From Octopus vulgaris (taxonomy: Eukaryota), in assembly GCA_951406725.2 (NCBI GenBank), contig OX597832.1, positions 44,082,001 to 44,146,000 of the forward strand: 64,000 nucleotides of DNA, written 5' to 3'. Made by a program: the position numbers and the translations under genes. The notes beneath the pieces are model-generated. The model made no database searches, was not told the DNA's origin, and was given only the letters and a program-made list of their open reading frames with translations. This document shows, piece after piece, positions 1 to 64,000 of this stretch (within the stretch, counting starts at the first letter, position 1; every line of letters begins with the position of its first letter).

Positions 1-1344
1 CCTTTGGCATTTTGCCATGCTTGAGAAGAAGACCCGTCAAGCCAAGTGAAATCATAGTTGTGGCAGATACTGGTGTCACGCAAATGGCACCCTTGCCAGT
101 GACACATAAAAGCACCCTTAACACTCTTGGAGTGGCTGGCATTAGGAAGGGCATCCAGCCATAGAAATCATGTCAAATCAGACTACAGCCTTCCAGCTTG
201 CCAGCCCTGGTCAAACCGTCCAACCCATGCCAGCATGGACAACGGACTTTAAATGATGATGTGTGTGTGCACAAATAAAACTAGGATAAATAAAAATAGG
301 AAGGATATCTGGCTGTGGGAAATCTGCTTCAGCTTCAGCATCCCCTGGTTAACAATATAACCACAACTGATTTACCAATTCATTGGTGATATTAAGGGAA
401 GCATTCATCTAAACTGTAAAACAACTGCTACTCCTGGTTGTTACCTTCAGCCAGTGTAACCTGAAACTGACTTCTATCCTAACGAAGCTTGTTAACTTTG
501 CTTTCATTACTTGCATCCATCCAGCAGTGTGTTCCATCCCAAAGGAAACAAACAATCTTGGAGTAGACAAGGTTATTTTTTTAATGATTTCCACATACAA
601 CACTTTGTATCTATGTTTTTCTGGTACCCCTTGATTTAGCAAACCATCTTTTTATTATCTCTAGGAGGTTATATGTCTGGTCACTTCATTACTGGTAACA
701 TGTAACCCAGTACAACCTGTTGCATGATCAGATCATCAGTGACTAAACTGGCAACTCCACCAAGCTTGCTTAGTGAGGAGGATGGTTTTAGACACTCTGC
801 AGGATTAAAACGAAACCTGACAAAGGGCAGAAGAACTCATGAGAGTCAACTGCCATCCAAAAATGTGTACATATGTCTATGGTGGACCACTCCCAAATGG
901 TGACCTCCGGCATAACCCAAGGGTGGAGATAAACGATCAGCCAACCACTATAGTATGACACAAATGCCAGCAACACTAGTGTTATACCGAGAGAGAGATA
1001 CCAACCAGATGCAAAAGCTAGTTTCATTTAATAACTTAGCAAGTAGTTCTGTGGTAAATGAAATGACAAAGGCAAAAATTTCCTTTGCCAGTTTGAACAT
1101 TATCCAGGTAAACAAAGTCTGCACTGCTTCACTCCCTCTCTGGCAGCCAGTGAAGTGATAAGATAGGATACAAGAAAATAATGAGTATCATTGAGAAGAA
1201 TGTTTGAACAGTACTTGATAAAACGATGAATAATTCTCAGAAAGTGAAAGAAGAATTTTATGCTAAGCCAAGAGAGGTGCTGTGGAAAGTTCCCTGCAAT
1301 GCGTACCTTTCCTTCTTGGGACACAAAACTCTGCTTGCGAAGAC

Positions 1345-1715
1345 CTGTTGAGGCAAGTGAAATCAAAATCGCTCAAAAATCAATGGAAATTGTAGTTGTG
1401 ATACCAGTGCTGGTGGCGCGTAAAAGAACCATCCGAACGTGGCCGTTGCCAGCACCACCCTGACTGGCCTCCGTGCCGGTGGCACGTAAAAAGCACCAAC
1501 CGATCGTGGCCATTGCCAGCCTCGCCTGGCACGTAAAAAGCACCAACTACACTCACGGAGTGGTTGGCATTAGGAAGGGCATCCAGCTGTAGAAACACTG
1601 CCAGATCAGACTGGAGCCTGGTGCAGCCTCCTGGCTTCCCAGACCCCAGTCGAACCGTCCAACCCATGCTAGCATGGAAAGCGGACATTAAACTACGATG
1701 ATGATGATGATGATG
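1345..1715 (+). mobile_element. Retroposon family B ((GAT)n tail, ggttggcgttaggaagggcatccagc core, internal about 60-bp minisatellite)
   Basis: At least 15 copies. + strand: 20-260, 22230-22703, 27215-27546, 28738-29026, 53660-53914, 58842-59069, 60200-60405. - strand: 5704-6080, 8803-9100, 26005-26240, 37847-38130, 39817-40035, 56927-57220, 62985-63260. Confidence 0.85.
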
Positions 1716-1729
1716 AAAGAAGATCTCAA

Positions 1730-3365
1730 TGCAAGAGTAGGCAGAGATGCAGACTGATGGCCTGGTGTGACAGGCAAACATGGAGTGGGAAAGTACAATC
1801 TAAACGGTGATCTTCTTCGAGCCTTCTGAATTCAACCTAGTATTTACTAACAGTCTTCAGGCACAACGACCATGAAAAATCCATTTGGATGCGCCTTTGC
1901 TCCAAGCATTGGCACTTGTTAGACTACATAATTAACTGGAGAAGTGATCAAAACGCTGTCCTAGTTACAAGAGCCACCAGAGGTGCAGACTGCTTTACTG
2001 ACCACCACATGATCAGATCAAAAGTCACGTTTTCCTTCAGGAACCGAAACAGGAAGACAAAAAGCTGATCAAAAAATAAGCTAAACATTGTGAAACTCAG
2101 AGACCCCAAAATGAGACAGAAATTGCAAGAACAGCTGGATAAGGCTTTGGAAGGATGGGAAAATAAGGGAAACAAAGAACATGAAGAAAATGGAACAGCT
2201 TGAAAATAAGTACATATGAGAGAGTGCAACAGGTCCTAAGCAAACCAGTGAAAAATATCAAGGGATTGGTTTAACCCTTTCGTTACTGTATTTATTTTGT
2301 GATGCTCTGTGTTTCTTTCAATTAGTTTTAAATATATCAAAGAATTTAGTAAAATAACTTAGTTATCATTAAGCTAGTGTTAGGAACATAAATTGTGACT
2401 AAGGTTTGGTGGAAGATTTTAATTGAAAACTTATGAAAACAAGACATTTGTACTACAGAGCAAGAGCCGGTTTCAGCCGGGTTGGGAAATGGAAGGGTTA
2501 ATGAGAATGACATTGAACTGCAGACCCTGCTAGAGGAAAGGGACGTTGCAAAGGGAAAGCAGCTAAATTACAACATAAGGTTAAACAGGAAAACTGGTGA
2601 AAGCGAAAAGGAAGCTGCAACAATATACTAGGAAACTGAAATCAGATTGGTAGGAGGCCAAAGCAGCATCATGCTGGTAAAAATGAATTGAAGGCATTTT
2701 ACTCAGGATTTCGAGAGGTACAGGGGCCAAGGAAAAGAGGCACAGCAAAACTCATAGCTCCTGATGGCAAAACAGTACTCAAGGAAAAATTGGAGATTCT
2801 TGATAGATTTTCCAATCACTGTCAGCCTGCTTAATATCCCAGGCATTGTGAACTATGCTGCCCTCAAGAGGATTACACAACAGCCAAACCATCCAATCCT
2901 TAGATGAAGTGACCAGTTTACAAGGAATTCATTGATGCAGTCAAACGAATGAAAGAAGGTAAAACACCTGGCAGATTTGGCATACCTGCTGAAATCTGGA
3001 AGCATGGAGGTGAGAAGCTTATTGAAAGCTTATATAACATTGTCCACCAGATCTGGGAGACAGAACTAAATGTGTTACCTGAGAGTGTGACTTCTGTTGC
3101 AATAGAAGCACTGTGGACATGATCTTCTGTCTTCGCCAAATTCAGGAAAAATGCATTGAACAGAACAGGCTGTGTATGCAGTGTTCACAGACTTCACAAA
3201 GACATTCGACACAATATCCCATGGTGGACTTTGGGTGGTTCTTAAGAAAAATGTATGCCCTTGAAGGTTCATTTTGGACAGGTCTCTGCACAAAGGAATG
3301 CCGGTATTTGTAGTGCAAGATAGCAATACCTCAAGTGAGTTCGTAGTGACAAATGAAGTTAAGCA
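1730..3365 (+). mobile_element. Decayed RTE-clade LINE (AP endonuclease to RT)
   Basis: Frame-broken motifs GKHGVGK, SKHWHLLDYII, TRGADCFTDHHMIRSK, DWFNEND (split by a MITE), GKTPGRFGIPAEIWKHGG, STVDMIFCLRQIQEKCIEQ. Confidence 0.88.
2271..2501. mobile_element. TTAA-flanked piggyBac-like MITE (about 230 bp)
   Basis: ttaaccctttcgttac...aagggttaa termini. Other copies: 12339-12568, 32280-32514, 61849-62082 (inverted). Confidence 0.85.
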
Positions 3366-3374
3366 AGACCTACT

Positions 3375-3610
3375 TACTAAGATATTGGTATTTGCTAGAT
3401 TAACTCTAAGGCCCTTTGATTCTAGACCTTGCCTCGACACCTGAAATTTCTTCTCTAGTTCAGGTAGTGATTCGGCTATAAGAACAAGGTCATCGACATA
3501 GAGCAGCTCCCAAAAGTAGCCTGTCTTAAATACCTCTGTTATTGCCTGGAGGATTAAGATGAACAAGAAGGGGCTGAGAACTGATCCTTGGTGAACCCCT
3601 ACTTGCTCCA
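3375..3610 (-). mobile_element. RTE-type LINE RT fragment inserted antisense in the preceding LINE
   Basis: VGVHQGSVLSPFLF...WELLYVDDLVLIAES...GLRVNLANT. Confidence 0.88.
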
Positions 3611-3991
3611 GCACTGTTCTCTCTCTGTCTCGCAGCAGTGTTGGAAGTTGCCTTTGAGGTGCAGCATAAAGCAAAGATGCTTACTATGAAGGCCCTAGTG
3701 TGAGCAATGATGTCTGTTGATGATAGTGTGCTGGTTGCCCACAGAAGATACGCAGAAACTGGCAGACTGGGTGGTAGACTGTTGTTCAGCTTAAAGATTA
3801 ACATCAGGAAAACCTAATGCTTTTACCAACCTGTGGAGAACCTACCTGCCCCTATAACAGAAGAAAACATGCCACCTCTCTTTCTCTACCAAGAGGATTA
3901 AGAAAGCAGCTAATCTTGTTTCTTGTTTAATTACTAATTATACATAAGATGTCTTTTATATAATACAATGTTTTCATTTGATCTGTTTCAG

Positions 3992-63714
<59,723 letters not shown>

Positions 63715-64000
63715 GTAAGTTATGATACACTGTCCACTTGTAAATAAATGTACCATTGCAATTATTTCTGTGTCTCTCCAAGTAAACAACTTGCAACCCT
63801 TTAGCATCGGTCACGGCTACGTCCACATGCATGTGGGCGAGACTGCGAGCTTTAGTTTGTTCTTACGATCTCAAGCACGGTAGCACGGCAGAGCTCCTGG
63901 CGACTGGCGCAGGCTTGCCGCTGGCAGCCCTGGCGCTTAGACAAGCGGGGAACGGAAGGCGGCGGCACCGTAATTTTACGTGAATTTACAGGTCGGACCA

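Overview
AT-rich, repeat-dense eukaryotic genomic DNA. The SINE, RTE, MITE and microsatellite landscape points to an octopus or other coleoid cephalopod; that is inferred from recalled repeat families, not from a database search. The window lies inside one large + strand gene, ECM29/ECPAS (HEAT-repeat proteasome adapter and scaffold protein). I traced 36 consecutive GT-AG coding exons (3992-63714, 4080 nt, about 1360 codons) that splice into one uninterrupted frame. The start codon and C-terminus lie outside the window. The introns hold several tRNA-derived SINE families, RTE/CR1 LINE fragments, a Penelope-like reverse transcriptase fragment, a mariner remnant, TTAA MITEs, Helentron-like elements and microsatellites. 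The most unusual signal is a set of type I hammerhead ribozyme motifs with palindromic stem III, the architecture known from Penelope-like elements: five near-complete and two half copies. Three are stacked in cassettes separated by (TA)n runs at about 15.3-16.2 kb, and several are disabled by apparent CpG transitions in the catalytic core. Also notable are a 5S rRNA/SINE-tail chimera, a candidate poison exon whose splice sites base-pair with each other, and several long fold-backs that could be ADAR substrates. All structures were folded by eye; none of the activity or expression claims is tested.
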